Shown piece after piece: positions 28,285 through 37,023 of a stretch of DNA of 64,000 bases (position 1 is the stretch's first letter; the number at the start of each line of letters is the position of its first letter). The position numbers were made by a program, and so were the translations under genes. Source of the DNA: Candidatus Magasanikbacteria bacterium RIFOXYC2_FULL_42_28 (GTDB lineage: Bacteria; Patescibacteriota; Patescibacteriia; Magasanikbacterales; GWA2-37-8); assembly GCA_001784435.1 (NCBI GenBank), contig MFQZ01000010.1, positions 105,960 through 169,959 on the forward strand, read 5' to 3'. The notes beneath the pieces were generated by a model. The model ran no database searches, was not told the DNA's origin, and saw only the letters and a list, made by a program, of their open reading frames with translations.

Positions 28285-29277
28285 ATGAACAAAGTAATAA
28301 AAACAATTCTCTGGCTCGCACTCGCTTTTTTATTAGTCGCCGTCGGTGTGGCCGTGATGTCTTTCTCACGTGGCAGTTTGATGTCGGCGACGACCGGTAA
28401 TTTTGGTTATGATGATAGCGGTGATTATCGGGGAGAAGCGGTCGCGGATATGTCTTACGCGCAAACCACTGGCCTAAGTTCTGCCGAAGCCGGTGGTACT
28501 GTTCAATCGTTTGTAAAAAGTTTATCAGTTAGTAAATCATCAGTGCCAAGTTCGCAAGCGCCAACAGCCGCTGATGCCACGGTCGAGCGCATGGTAGTCA
28601 AAACCGGCGCGTTGTCGGTAGTGGTAAAAGATGTGGCCGAGGCCATTAAAACAATTTCGCAGTACGCGGTGAAACAAAAAGGGTATATTGTTGCCAGCAA
28701 TGTTTACAAGCGTGGACTCGCGCCTTATGGCACTTTGACTATAAAAATTCCGGCGGTAAATTTTGATAGCGGATTAAACGAAATCAAAGCGCTTGGCGAA
28801 GTGGTAAGTAATAGCGTTAATGGCCAAGATGTTACCGAAGAATACGTTGATTTAGACGCGCAACTTAAAAATTTACAAGCCACGGAAAAACAATTTTTGA
28901 CAATTTTAAATAAGGCGGTAAAAATAGAAGATATTTTGGCAGTGCAAAGAGAGTTGACCCAAGTGCGCGGGCAAATTGAACAACTCCAAGGCCGAATGAA
29001 ATATCTAAAATCAAGTGCGGATATGTCCACAATTACGGTTGACCTAGCAACCGATCCGTCCGTGTTGCCGTCGGTAGATAATTCCAAGACCTGGAAACCG
29101 TGGGCAATAGTAAAAGAGGCGACCCGATCCCTGCTCGCCGCCGGTAAATCTTTGGTAAATTTCTTGATTTGGTTGGTAGTGTTTGTGCCGGTGTGGGCGG
29201 TGATTGCTTTGGTGGTGTGGGTCGTCGCGAAAGTTGTTAATAAAATAAAAAATCGGGGGAAGTTTAAGTTGGAGTAA
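28285..29277 (+). CDS. membrane-anchored coiled-coil protein (DUF4349-like), N- and C-terminal TM helices
   Basis: TM at the N terminus (ILWLALAFLLVAVGVAVM) and C terminus (FLIWLVVFVPVWAVIALVVWVVA); coiled-coil centre. Confidence 0.45.
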   Translation: MNKVIKTILWLALAFLLVAVGVAVMSFSRGSLMSATTGNFGYDDSGDYRGEAVADMSYAQTTGLSSAEAGGTVQSFVKSLSVSKSSVPSSQAPTAADATVERMVVKTGALSVVVKDVAEAIKTISQYAVKQKGYIVASNVYKRGLAPYGTLTIKIPAVNFDSGLNEIKALGEVVSNSVNGQDVTEEYVDLDAQLKNLQATEKQFLTILNKAVKIEDILAVQRELTQVRGQIEQLQGRMKYLKSSADMSTITVDLATDPSVLPSVDNSKTWKPWAIVKEATRSLLAAGKSLVNFLIWLVVFVPVWAVIALVVWVVAKVVNKIKNRGKFKLE

Positions 29278-29427
29278 ATCGCAAAATTAATCAAATAAGC
29301 CCTTTCGCCATAAACGACGGGGCTTTTGTTTTATTTGTTTGACGCCATTTTTTAGTGGGTATATAATACTGGACACGTTGTAATGAAAACTGAAGAATAA
29401 AGATTGAAGATTCGCGAATTTAATCCA

Positions 29428-29455
29428 TTAATCTTTAATCTTTAATCTTTAATTT
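29428..29455. repeat. tandem heptamer repeat (taatctt x3-4) in the gdhA 5' UTR
   Basis: ttaatctttaatctttaatctttaatttt. Confidence 0.7.
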
Positions 29456-29463
29456 TCACCCCT

Positions 29464-30735
29464 ATGTCCCAATCCGCCTTCGATAACGCCATGTCCCAAT
29501 TAGACAAGGCCGCCAAAGTCATGAATTTGGATAAAAATATTCATGAAATTTTAAAATCGCCGGATCGAGTTTTGATTGTTTCGGTGCCGGTTAAAATGGA
29601 TAATGGTGAAGTGAAAGTTTTCACTGGTTATCGCTCGCAATACAACAATGCCATGGGGCCCTACAAAGGTGGTATTCGCTATCATCCGAATGTTTCGTTG
29701 GACGAAGTCAAGGCCTTGTCATTTTGGATGATGATTAAATGCGCGACCGTGAATATTCCGATGGGCGGAGGCAAAGGCGGGATTATTGTTTATCCGAAAG
29801 ATTTATCACATGGGGAATTGGAAAGAATGTCGCGCGGGTATATTCAAAAAATTTATCGGGAAATCGGTTCGGATAAAGATGTGCCGGCGCCGGATATGTA
29901 CACCACTCCGCAAATTATGGGATGGATGCGGGATGAGTTTGAAAAATTAATTGGACGCAAAGATCCGGGTGTAATTACCGGCAAAGCGATTGCTGACGGT
30001 GGCAGTGAAGGGCGTGAGACCGCGACCGCGCAAGGTGGGGTATATGTCGTGCGTGAGCTTGCAAAAAAAATGGGATTAAAACCAAATCTCACCACTGTGG
30101 CCGTTCAAGGCATGGGCAATGTGGGCGGATTTATGGCGAAAATTTTAGCGGCCGATGGTTACAGAATTGTGGCAATTTCTGATTCCAAAGGCGGAGTATA
30201 TAATGAGGCCGGGTTAGATATGGCCAAGGTAGAAGAAATTAAAAAAGCCGGTGGTATGCTCGGGTGCTATTGTTTAGGCAATGTTTGTAAATTAGAAGAA
30301 ATGCCCAAAGATGGCCCGTGCCGGCATGTTTCTAACGAGCAGTTATTGGAATTGCCGGTTGATATTTTGGTGCCGTCGGCTTTAGAAAACCAGATTACCG
30401 AAACCAACGCGAATAATATCAAAGCAAAATATATTATTGAAATGGCGAACGGTCCGACCACGCCGGAGGCGGATGAAATTTTGAAAAGCCGAGGAGTGAT
30501 AGTCGTGCCGGATGTTTTGGCTAATGCCGGTGGTGTTACCGTCAGTTGTTTTGAATGGGAACAAAATGTGAAAGGCGAAAAATGGACCGAGGCGCAAGTA
30601 TTTGCAAAATTAGAACCGATGATGGTGCAGTCATTTAACGAAGTGTGGGAAACAAAAGAAAAATATAATGTGCCAATGCGCACGGCGGCGTTTGTAAAGG
30701 CGATCAAGCGGGTGGCGGCAAAAATGAAGATCTAA
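29464..30735 (+). CDS. gdhA: Glu/Leu/Phe/Val-family glutamate dehydrogenase
   Basis: KGGIRYHP motif; Rossmann motif GMGNVGG. Confidence 0.9.
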   Translation: MSQSAFDNAMSQLDKAAKVMNLDKNIHEILKSPDRVLIVSVPVKMDNGEVKVFTGYRSQYNNAMGPYKGGIRYHPNVSLDEVKALSFWMMIKCATVNIPMGGGKGGIIVYPKDLSHGELERMSRGYIQKIYREIGSDKDVPAPDMYTTPQIMGWMRDEFEKLIGRKDPGVITGKAIADGGSEGRETATAQGGVYVVRELAKKMGLKPNLTTVAVQGMGNVGGFMAKILAADGYRIVAISDSKGGVYNEAGLDMAKVEEIKKAGGMLGCYCLGNVCKLEEMPKDGPCRHVSNEQLLELPVDILVPSALENQITETNANNIKAKYIIEMANGPTTPEADEILKSRGVIVVPDVLANAGGVTVSCFEWEQNVKGEKWTEAQVFAKLEPMMVQSFNEVWETKEKYNVPMRTAAFVKAIKRVAAKMKI

Positions 30736-30743
30736 TTTTTTTG

Positions 30744-30775
30744 TGTCATCCCGATGAAAATCGGGATCTCTGTCT
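30744..30775. repeat. family A repeat (tgtcatcccgatgaaaatcgggatctctgtcta) abutting the mutM start
   Basis: Identical core to the copy in tsaD. Confidence 0.8.
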
Positions 30776-31690
30776 ATGCCCGAACTTCCCGAAGTAGAAA
30801 CAGTTCGCCGTGATTTGGAAAAAGTTTTGGTTGGTAAAAAAATCACGGCAGTAGAAATTTTAGATAAAAAAATTGTCGGCGGTAAACCGGCAGTTTTTGT
30901 GTCGGCTGTAAATGGTAAGAAAATTGTTGGGGTGGAGCGAAGAGGGAAATTATTGGCGTTTAAATTAAGTAGCGGTGAATATTTGTTAGCGCATCTGAAA
31001 ATGACCGGGCAGTTGATTTGTGTTTCATTGTCATTGCGAGCGAAGCGCGGCAATCTCATCGCCGGCGGTCACCAAGTTGGTAAAAACGATTTAACTGTGC
31101 CAAACAAATTCACGCGCGTCATTTTTGCATTTTCCCCTCCTGCCCGAGGAGGGGCGAGGGGTGGTGGGAGCGTTGGTGGCACACTATATTTCAACGACCT
31201 CCGTCGTTTCGGTTATTTAAAAGTTGTATCGGCGGAAGAAAAAGAAACCATATTTAAAAATAATTTTGGTATTGAACCATTGACACCCGATTTTAAATTA
31301 TCAGCTTTTACAAAAATATTTCGAAACCGTAAAACCAATTTAAAAGCGATTTTGATGAATCAAAAATTAATTTCTGGCTTGGGGAATATTTACGTGGACG
31401 AGGCCTGTTTTAACGCTGGACTTTTACCGTGGCGATCGGCTAAGTCACTAAAACCGCCAGAAATTAAAAAATTATTTTCTTGTATTCAAAAAGTAATCGC
31501 CGTGGCCATTAAAAATCGCGGCACCACTTTTAAAGATTTTCGCGATGGCGCGGGTGGGCGCGGGGCGCATTATAATTTTCTTAATGTGTATGGGCGCAAA
31601 GGTGAAAAATGCCGGAAGTGTAAAAATTTTATAAAAAAGACCAAACACGCCGGGCGGGGGACGCATTTTTGTCCGAAATGTCAGCGGTAA
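30776..31690 (+). CDS. mutM: formamidopyrimidine-DNA glycosylase
   Basis: MPELPEVETVRR N terminus, H2TH region and C-terminal zinc finger CRKCKN..C..C; two in-frame repeat insertions. Confidence 0.85.
   Translation: MPELPEVETVRRDLEKVLVGKKITAVEILDKKIVGGKPAVFVSAVNGKKIVGVERRGKLLAFKLSSGEYLLAHLKMTGQLICVSLSLRAKRGNLIAGGHQVGKNDLTVPNKFTRVIFAFSPPARGGARGGGSVGGTLYFNDLRRFGYLKVVSAEEKETIFKNNFGIEPLTPDFKLSAFTKIFRNRKTNLKAILMNQKLISGLGNIYVDEACFNAGLLPWRSAKSLKPPEIKKLFSCIQKVIAVAIKNRGTTFKDFRDGAGGRGAHYNFLNVYGRKGEKCRKCKNFIKKTKHAGRGTHFCPKCQR
31028..31056. repeat. family B repeat in frame inside mutM
   Basis: ttgtcattgcgagcgaagcgcggcaatctc encodes CVSLSLRAKRGNLIAG. Confidence 0.75.
31131..31172. repeat. family C repeat in frame inside mutM
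   Basis: ttttcccctcctgcccgaggaggggcgaggggtggtgggagcg encodes FSPPARGGARGGGSVG. Confidence 0.75.
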
Positions 31691-31752
31691 TTTGCCTTTT
31701 TCCCTATATTTTAGTACAATACGATTACCGTTTAATGGTAATTTTTTGTTAT

Positions 31753-34700
31753 ATGTCAAAATACGATCATAAAAAAATAGAAGCAAAATGGAAGAAAAAT
31801 TGGGAAAAGTCCGGGATATATAAAACCGGCGACCCATCCTTCGCTAAGGATTCGGCGGGCAAGCCCAAGTATTATGTCTTGGACATGTTTCCGTATCCAT
31901 CAGGCGCGGGTTTGCATGTCGGCCACCCCAAGGGTTTTATCGCCACCGACATTGTCGCGCGTTTAAAAATGATGCAAGGGTACAATGTTTTGCACCCGAT
32001 GGGTTGGGACGCGTTTGGGCTACCGGCGGAAAATTATGCTTTGAAAAATAAAGTTCATCCGGCGGACGCGACTGCCGAAAATATTAAAGTTTTTAAAAAA
32101 CAATTAGGCCTTTTGGGTTTTACTTATGATTGGAGCAGGGAAGTGAATACGACTGATCCAGAATATTATAAATGGACCCAGTGGATATTTTTACAATTAT
32201 TTAAAAAGGGTCTGGCGTTTGAATCTTACGAACCGATTAATTGGTGCCCGTCGTGCAAAACCGGTTTGGCTAATGAAGATTTGGAAGATGGGAAATGTGA
32301 GCGCTGTGGGAGCGTGGTAGAACAAAAACCTTTGCGCCAATGGGTATTGAAAATTACCGATTATGCCGAGCGTTTGCTCAATGATATTGAATTATTAAAA
32401 GAATGGCCCGAGCCGATTAAAGAAATGCAGAGAAATTGGATTGGACGCAAGGAGGGTATAAATATCGTATATCAAATTGAGGGGTCGGATAAAAAAGTTA
32501 TTTGTTTCACCACTCGTCCTGACACAAATTTCGGTGCTACTTTTGTTGTGGTTGGCCCGGAACATTCTTTGATTTCATCAATAACAACATCGGAGTATAA
32601 AGAAGATGTAGAAAAATATGTATCCGCCGCTAAAAATAAAACAGAATTAGATAGAATTGCGGAAGGTAGAGAGAAAAGTGGTGTGTTTACCGGTTCGTAT
32701 TGCATAAATAATTTGACTGATTATAAAATGCCGATTTGGGTGGCTGATTATGTGTTAGGCAATGTAGGAACTGGCATGGTAGTAGGTGTGCCGGGACATG
32801 ATAAACGCGATTTTGAATTTGCCAATAAATTTGGTATTGAAATAAAAAGAGTGGTGGTGGCCGGTGATGGTGATACGTCGCCTATTACTAAAATAGAACA
32901 GGTGCAGGAACATGAAGGGGAAATGATAAATTCTGGATTTTTGGATGGTTTAGATATTCACGATGCTACACGTAAGATAATGGATCGTTTAGAAGAAAAA
33001 GGATGGGGTAAGCGAGTGATTAATTATAAATTACGCGATTGGGTTTTTTCGCGCCAACGTTATTGGGGGGAGCCGATACCGCTCGTGCATTGTGAAGTGT
33101 GCAAAAATAAAAAATATAATTACATTATTTTACACGGATATACCGGTACGGCCGATCAAAATGGACCGGGTAGAGGCGATTCTAATAATTGGCGCCCGTG
33201 GGTAAAAGTTAAATTAGAAGAACGTGGCAATAAAGTTTTTTGTCCTAATCTTCCAAACACTAATGAACCAAATATAGATGAACAAGTGCAATATGTTATA
33301 GACAATGTTAATTTTGAGATAGACGAAAACACGGTTATAGTTGGGCATAGTTTGGGTGGAGTAGTGATATATAAACTGTTGGAAAAATTAAATAAGAAAG
33401 TTGGCAAAGTATTGTTAGTTGATCCGGTAGTAAGTCCCGAGTTTCCGGACAAAGAAAGACTAAATGTAAAAAAGAGTTGTGACTGGAAATTTAATTTTGA
33501 GAAGATAAAAAAATTAAGTGATGATTTTGTTGTTTTGGGTGCGTCTGATTTTGCGACTATCTTTGAAAAAGATTTAAGATTTGTGGCCGATAAACTGGAA
33601 GCAAATTTAGTTTTAGCTAAACCAGCGGAAGGGCATTTTACAGCTGAAGAAGAGCCGGTCGTATTAAATTTATTAAATAATACTGGCTGGTACCCAGTCC
33701 CAGAAAAAGACCTGCCACTTGAATTGCCAAAAGTAAAAAATTATGAACCGACTGGAACCGGGGAATCGCCACTCGCGGGAATTGATAAGTGGGTGAATAC
33801 ATTATGTCCTCATTGTGGCGGGCCGGCGAAACGTGAAACCAATACCATGCCACAGTGGGCGGGGAGTTGTTGGTATTATTTGCGCTATGAAGATCCGCAT
33901 AACAGTAAAGCACTCGTGGATAAAGATAAAGAAAAATATTGGTCGCCGGTGGATTTTTATGTTGGTGGCGCCGAACACGCCACGCGCCATTTAATTTACG
34001 CGCGGTTTTGGCATAAGTTTTTATTTGATATTGGGGCGGTTAGCAATATTGAGCCGTTTACCAAATTACAAAGTGTGGGTTTGATTCTGGCCGAAGACGG
34101 GCGCAAGATGAGTAAGCGTTGGAATAATGTAATTAATCCCGATGATGTTGTGGCTGAATTTGGCGCGGACGCGATGCGTTTGTATGAAATGTTTATGGGG
34201 CCATTTGATCAGGCTTGCGCTTGGAGTACGAAAGGTGTGATTGGGTGTCGGCGGTTTTTGGAAAAGGTTTGGGTGCTGGGCGAGAAGATTAAAGATGAAA
34301 GATTGAAGATTAATGGTGATAATAATAAAAATATTGAGATATTATTAAACCAAACAATCAAAAAAGTTACCGAAGACATTCCAGCGATGCGATTTAACAC
34401 GGCCATCGCGCAACTGATGATTTTTGCGAATGAGGCTTCACAATCTTCTATCTTAAATCTTCAATCTTTCGCTTCATTCCTCCAACTTCTCGCTCCATTT
34501 GCTCCGCATATGACAGAAGAGCTGTGGGCAAATTTAGGCAACAAAGAAAGTATTTTTAAATCCGCGTGGCCGAAATTTGACCCCACCAAAATTCAACATT
34601 CCGAAATTACCGTCGTCGTTCAAGTAAACGGTAAGCTGCGCGATGAAATAATTGTGCCAGTTGATATTGCCGAAGCCGATGCCAAAGCGCGGGCGCTTTC

Positions 34701-34788
34701 AACAGAAAAAATTAAAAAATGGTTAGATGGCAAAGAGCCGAAGAAAGTGATTTATGTGAAAGGGAAGCTCGTGAGTATAGTGGTGTAG
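31753..34788 (+). CDS. leuS: leucine--tRNA ligase with an embedded alpha/beta serine-hydrolase domain
   Basis: HIGH region (HVGHPKG), CP1 editing motifs TTRPDT and GTGMVVGVPGHDKRDFEFA, KMSKR; start at ATG 31753 (MSKYDHKKIEAKW); about 190 aa longer than a typical bacterial LeuS. Confidence 0.9.
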   Translation: MSKYDHKKIEAKWKKNWEKSGIYKTGDPSFAKDSAGKPKYYVLDMFPYPSGAGLHVGHPKGFIATDIVARLKMMQGYNVLHPMGWDAFGLPAENYALKNKVHPADATAENIKVFKKQLGLLGFTYDWSREVNTTDPEYYKWTQWIFLQLFKKGLAFESYEPINWCPSCKTGLANEDLEDGKCERCGSVVEQKPLRQWVLKITDYAERLLNDIELLKEWPEPIKEMQRNWIGRKEGINIVYQIEGSDKKVICFTTRPDTNFGATFVVVGPEHSLISSITTSEYKEDVEKYVSAAKNKTELDRIAEGREKSGVFTGSYCINNLTDYKMPIWVADYVLGNVGTGMVVGVPGHDKRDFEFANKFGIEIKRVVVAGDGDTSPITKIEQVQEHEGEMINSGFLDGLDIHDATRKIMDRLEEKGWGKRVINYKLRDWVFSRQRYWGEPIPLVHCEVCKNKKYNYIILHGYTGTADQNGPGRGDSNNWRPWVKVKLEERGNKVFCPNLPNTNEPNIDEQVQYVIDNVNFEIDENTVIVGHSLGGVVIYKLLEKLNKKVGKVLLVDPVVSPEFPDKERLNVKKSCDWKFNFEKIKKLSDDFVVLGASDFATIFEKDLRFVADKLEANLVLAKPAEGHFTAEEEPVVLNLLNNTGWYPVPEKDLPLELPKVKNYEPTGTGESPLAGIDKWVNTLCPHCGGPAKRETNTMPQWAGSCWYYLRYEDPHNSKALVDKDKEKYWSPVDFYVGGAEHATRHLIYARFWHKFLFDIGAVSNIEPFTKLQSVGLILAEDGRKMSKRWNNVINPDDVVAEFGADAMRLYEMFMGPFDQACAWSTKGVIGCRRFLEKVWVLGEKIKDERLKINGDNNKNIEILLNQTIKKVTEDIPAMRFNTAIAQLMIFANEASQSSILNLQSFASFLQLLAPFAPHMTEELWANLGNKESIFKSAWPKFDPTKIQHSEITVVVQVNGKLRDEIIVPVDIAEADAKARALSTEKIKKWLDGKEPKKVIYVKGKLVSIVV
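33105..33690 (+). other. YdeN/RBBP9-like alpha/beta serine hydrolase domain inserted within LeuS
   Basis: IILHGYTG...NWRPWVK...VIVGHSLGG (nucleophile elbow)...LGASDF...AEGHF (Ser-Asp-His candidates); sits between PIPLVHCEVC and the C-terminal CPHCGG...WYYLRY region. Confidence 0.6.
34441..34475. repeat. short tandem-repeat-like insert (caatcttctatcttaaatcttcaatcttt) in frame in the leuS 3' region
   Basis: Same aatcttcaatctta motif as the trxA upstream tandem repeat; encodes SQSSILNLQSF. Confidence 0.6.
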
Positions 34789-34790
34789 GT

Positions 34791-36272
34791 ATGAACTTAA
34801 AGGAGGGGGCCGAAAAAATTTATAATTCCAAAAGCCGCAGTTTTTTAATTTACTGCGGCTTTTTTATCTTAGGGGCGGCGATATTTTCTTTGGGCGAAAC
34901 GCGCGGGGATAAATTAAATTATTTATTGGTCGGAATTTTACTCGCGTTTTTTTTATTATCATTTTTATTTAAAAATCATCTCGGACGATTTGGCGCGATC
35001 ATTTTACTTTTATTTTGTTTGGGCGCGATGCGGGCGGTCGCGGTTTTGCCAAGCGGTAGCGCGGATGAAGTCGCGAGTATTATTGGTAAGCAAATTACTT
35101 TGGAAGGCCATGTCGCCAAAGTGGAAAAACCCGGCCAATATATTTTTGCGCCGGATAATTATCATGGGAAAATTCTGGTAAATTATGGTCCGTATCCGAT
35201 TTACCATTACGGCGATAAGTGGCGATTGAATTGCGAGTTGGAAGCGCCGGCGCCGTATGAAGATTTTCGGTATGATAAATATTTATTAAATAAAGGCGTG
35301 TATGTTATTTGTAAGTTCCCCAATGTAATTTTAACATCCGGATTTTCCGGCAACCGGTTAAAACAAGCAATTTTTAATTTTAAAAATATTGTCGGCGCGC
35401 GCGTCAATTTATTATGGCCCGAGCCGGAGTCGGGTTTAATGGCCGGATTATTGTATGGCGAAAAAAGTGCTCTGCCAGCCGAGTTATTAAATAATTTTAA
35501 TCGCACCGGACTAACGCATATTATTGCTGTGTCCGGTTATAATACTTCGGTAATTGTAGTCGCAGTTTTGGCCGGATTAATTTTTGTCGGATTTTGGCGC
35601 AAGCAGGCGTTGTGGTTATCGGCGTTAATTATTTTTGCGTTTGTAATTTTTACCGGCGCGACGGCGTCGGTCGTGCGCGCGGCACTTCTCGCGTGCATTG
35701 GTATCACCGCCCAACTATTAGGCCGGCCGGCTCGTTCGCTTAATGGTTTGGTATTCGCGGCTGCGCTAATGATTTTATTTCATCCGTTAATTATTTGGTA
35801 TGACGCCGGTTTTCAATTATCGTTTCTCGCTGTAATTGGCGTGATGTATTTGGGCCCAAAGTTGGCTGTGATTTTTAAATTTGAAAATGAGGAAAATATG
35901 TTGTGCACAACTATGGGTGCGATAATTTTGACTTTGCCTTTGCTCGCTTATCAATTCGGCCGCGTATCACTGGTAGCACCCCTGTCCAATTTTTTGATTT
36001 TATGGATTATCCCGTTTTTGATGCTATCCGGTTTTATTGCCGCGTTAATCGGTTTAATTTTTTTACCAGCCGGACAGGCATTGGCGTTTATTGCGTATTT
36101 AGGGTTAAAATATGTTATAATAACAGTGAATTGGTTAGGCGGATTAGCGTTTGCTTCGCGGGAAATTTCCTTGTCAATTTATTTAATGGTTTTGGCTTAT
36201 ATTTTAATTTTTTGGTTTTTAATATTCTATGGCAAAAAAAATAAAAATTCTACCATCAGACACGGGCTATGA
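34791..36272 (+). CDS. comEC: ComEC/Rec2-family membrane protein (DUF4131 + competence domains, no MBL domain)
   Basis: Polytopic membrane protein with the LTHIIAVSGYNTSV competence motif; start ATG 34791 right after the leuS stop. Confidence 0.7.
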   Translation: MNLKEGAEKIYNSKSRSFLIYCGFFILGAAIFSLGETRGDKLNYLLVGILLAFFLLSFLFKNHLGRFGAIILLLFCLGAMRAVAVLPSGSADEVASIIGKQITLEGHVAKVEKPGQYIFAPDNYHGKILVNYGPYPIYHYGDKWRLNCELEAPAPYEDFRYDKYLLNKGVYVICKFPNVILTSGFSGNRLKQAIFNFKNIVGARVNLLWPEPESGLMAGLLYGEKSALPAELLNNFNRTGLTHIIAVSGYNTSVIVVAVLAGLIFVGFWRKQALWLSALIIFAFVIFTGATASVVRAALLACIGITAQLLGRPARSLNGLVFAAALMILFHPLIIWYDAGFQLSFLAVIGVMYLGPKLAVIFKFENEENMLCTTMGAIILTLPLLAYQFGRVSLVAPLSNFLILWIIPFLMLSGFIAALIGLIFLPAGQALAFIAYLGLKYVIITVNWLGGLAFASREISLSIYLMVLAYILIFWFLIFYGKKNKNSTIRHGL

Positions 36273-36837
36273 TTTAGCCGCGCCGCGTTATGATGACAAA
36301 GAAGATTATTTGAATAGTTTTGAGCAGGGAAAAGTTTTGACATATTTGCAGGATGTTGCCGGGAAAAAGGTTCTGGATGTTGGTGCTGGCACCGGAAGAT
36401 TGTCGGTGGAATTAAGCCGACGCGGAGCGCTCGTGACGGCACTAGATGTATCTTCGGAAATGCTAAAAGTTTTGGCCAAGAAAAATAAATATATTGAATT
36501 AGCAATCGGAGACGCGGAGTATTTACCTTTTGGTAATGAAGTTTTTGATTATGTGATCGCGACTTTTTTGATTGTGCACTTGCGCGATCCAAAACAATTT
36601 TTTGATGAAGCGTATCGGGTATTAAAAGATGGCGGGCGATTAATTGTTACCAATATCAATCAAGCCGAAGCGCCGGAAGTAGAAACAGACGCGGGGCCAA
36701 TTAAAATTGAATCGTTTTATCATCGACCGGAAGCGGTCATGAAAAAATTGGAAGAATTGGCGTATACGATTGAAAAAGAAGATATGGTGTTTGAGGGGGA
36801 TGTGTGGGTGAATCAGATTTTGGTGGCTAAAAAATAA
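36229..36837 (+). CDS. class I SAM-dependent methyltransferase
   Basis: VLDVGAGTGRLS motif I; DAEYLPFGNEVFDYV. Confidence 0.7.
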   Translation: MAKKIKILPSDTGYDLAAPRYDDKEDYLNSFEQGKVLTYLQDVAGKKVLDVGAGTGRLSVELSRRGALVTALDVSSEMLKVLAKKNKYIELAIGDAEYLPFGNEVFDYVIATFLIVHLRDPKQFFDEAYRVLKDGGRLIVTNINQAEAPEVETDAGPIKIESFYHRPEAVMKKLEELAYTIEKEDMVFEGDVWVNQILVAKK

Positions 36838-36843
36838 AATTAT

Positions 36844-37010
36844 GAAAAATAATTACTTCTTCACACGGCGCTTCATCCTTTGAAAATTATCTCGTTTTTT
36901 CTTAAAAATCCACGCGTTTTTTCGCTATTTGCTCAAAAACACGGGATTTTTCTCAAAAAAACTCGTAATTTTCTAAAGTTCTCCGCGGTGTGTTCAGAAG
37001 TAATTATTTT
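36844..37010. repeat. MITE-like element with about 27 bp terminal inverted repeats (aaaataattacttcttcacacggcg / cgcggtgtgttcagaagtaattatttt) and three internal GTTTTTTC..AAAAAC units
   Basis: Inverted repeats seen directly; sits between the methyltransferase and the MBL gene. Confidence 0.45.
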
Positions 37011-37023
37011 ATCTCGGTAATTT

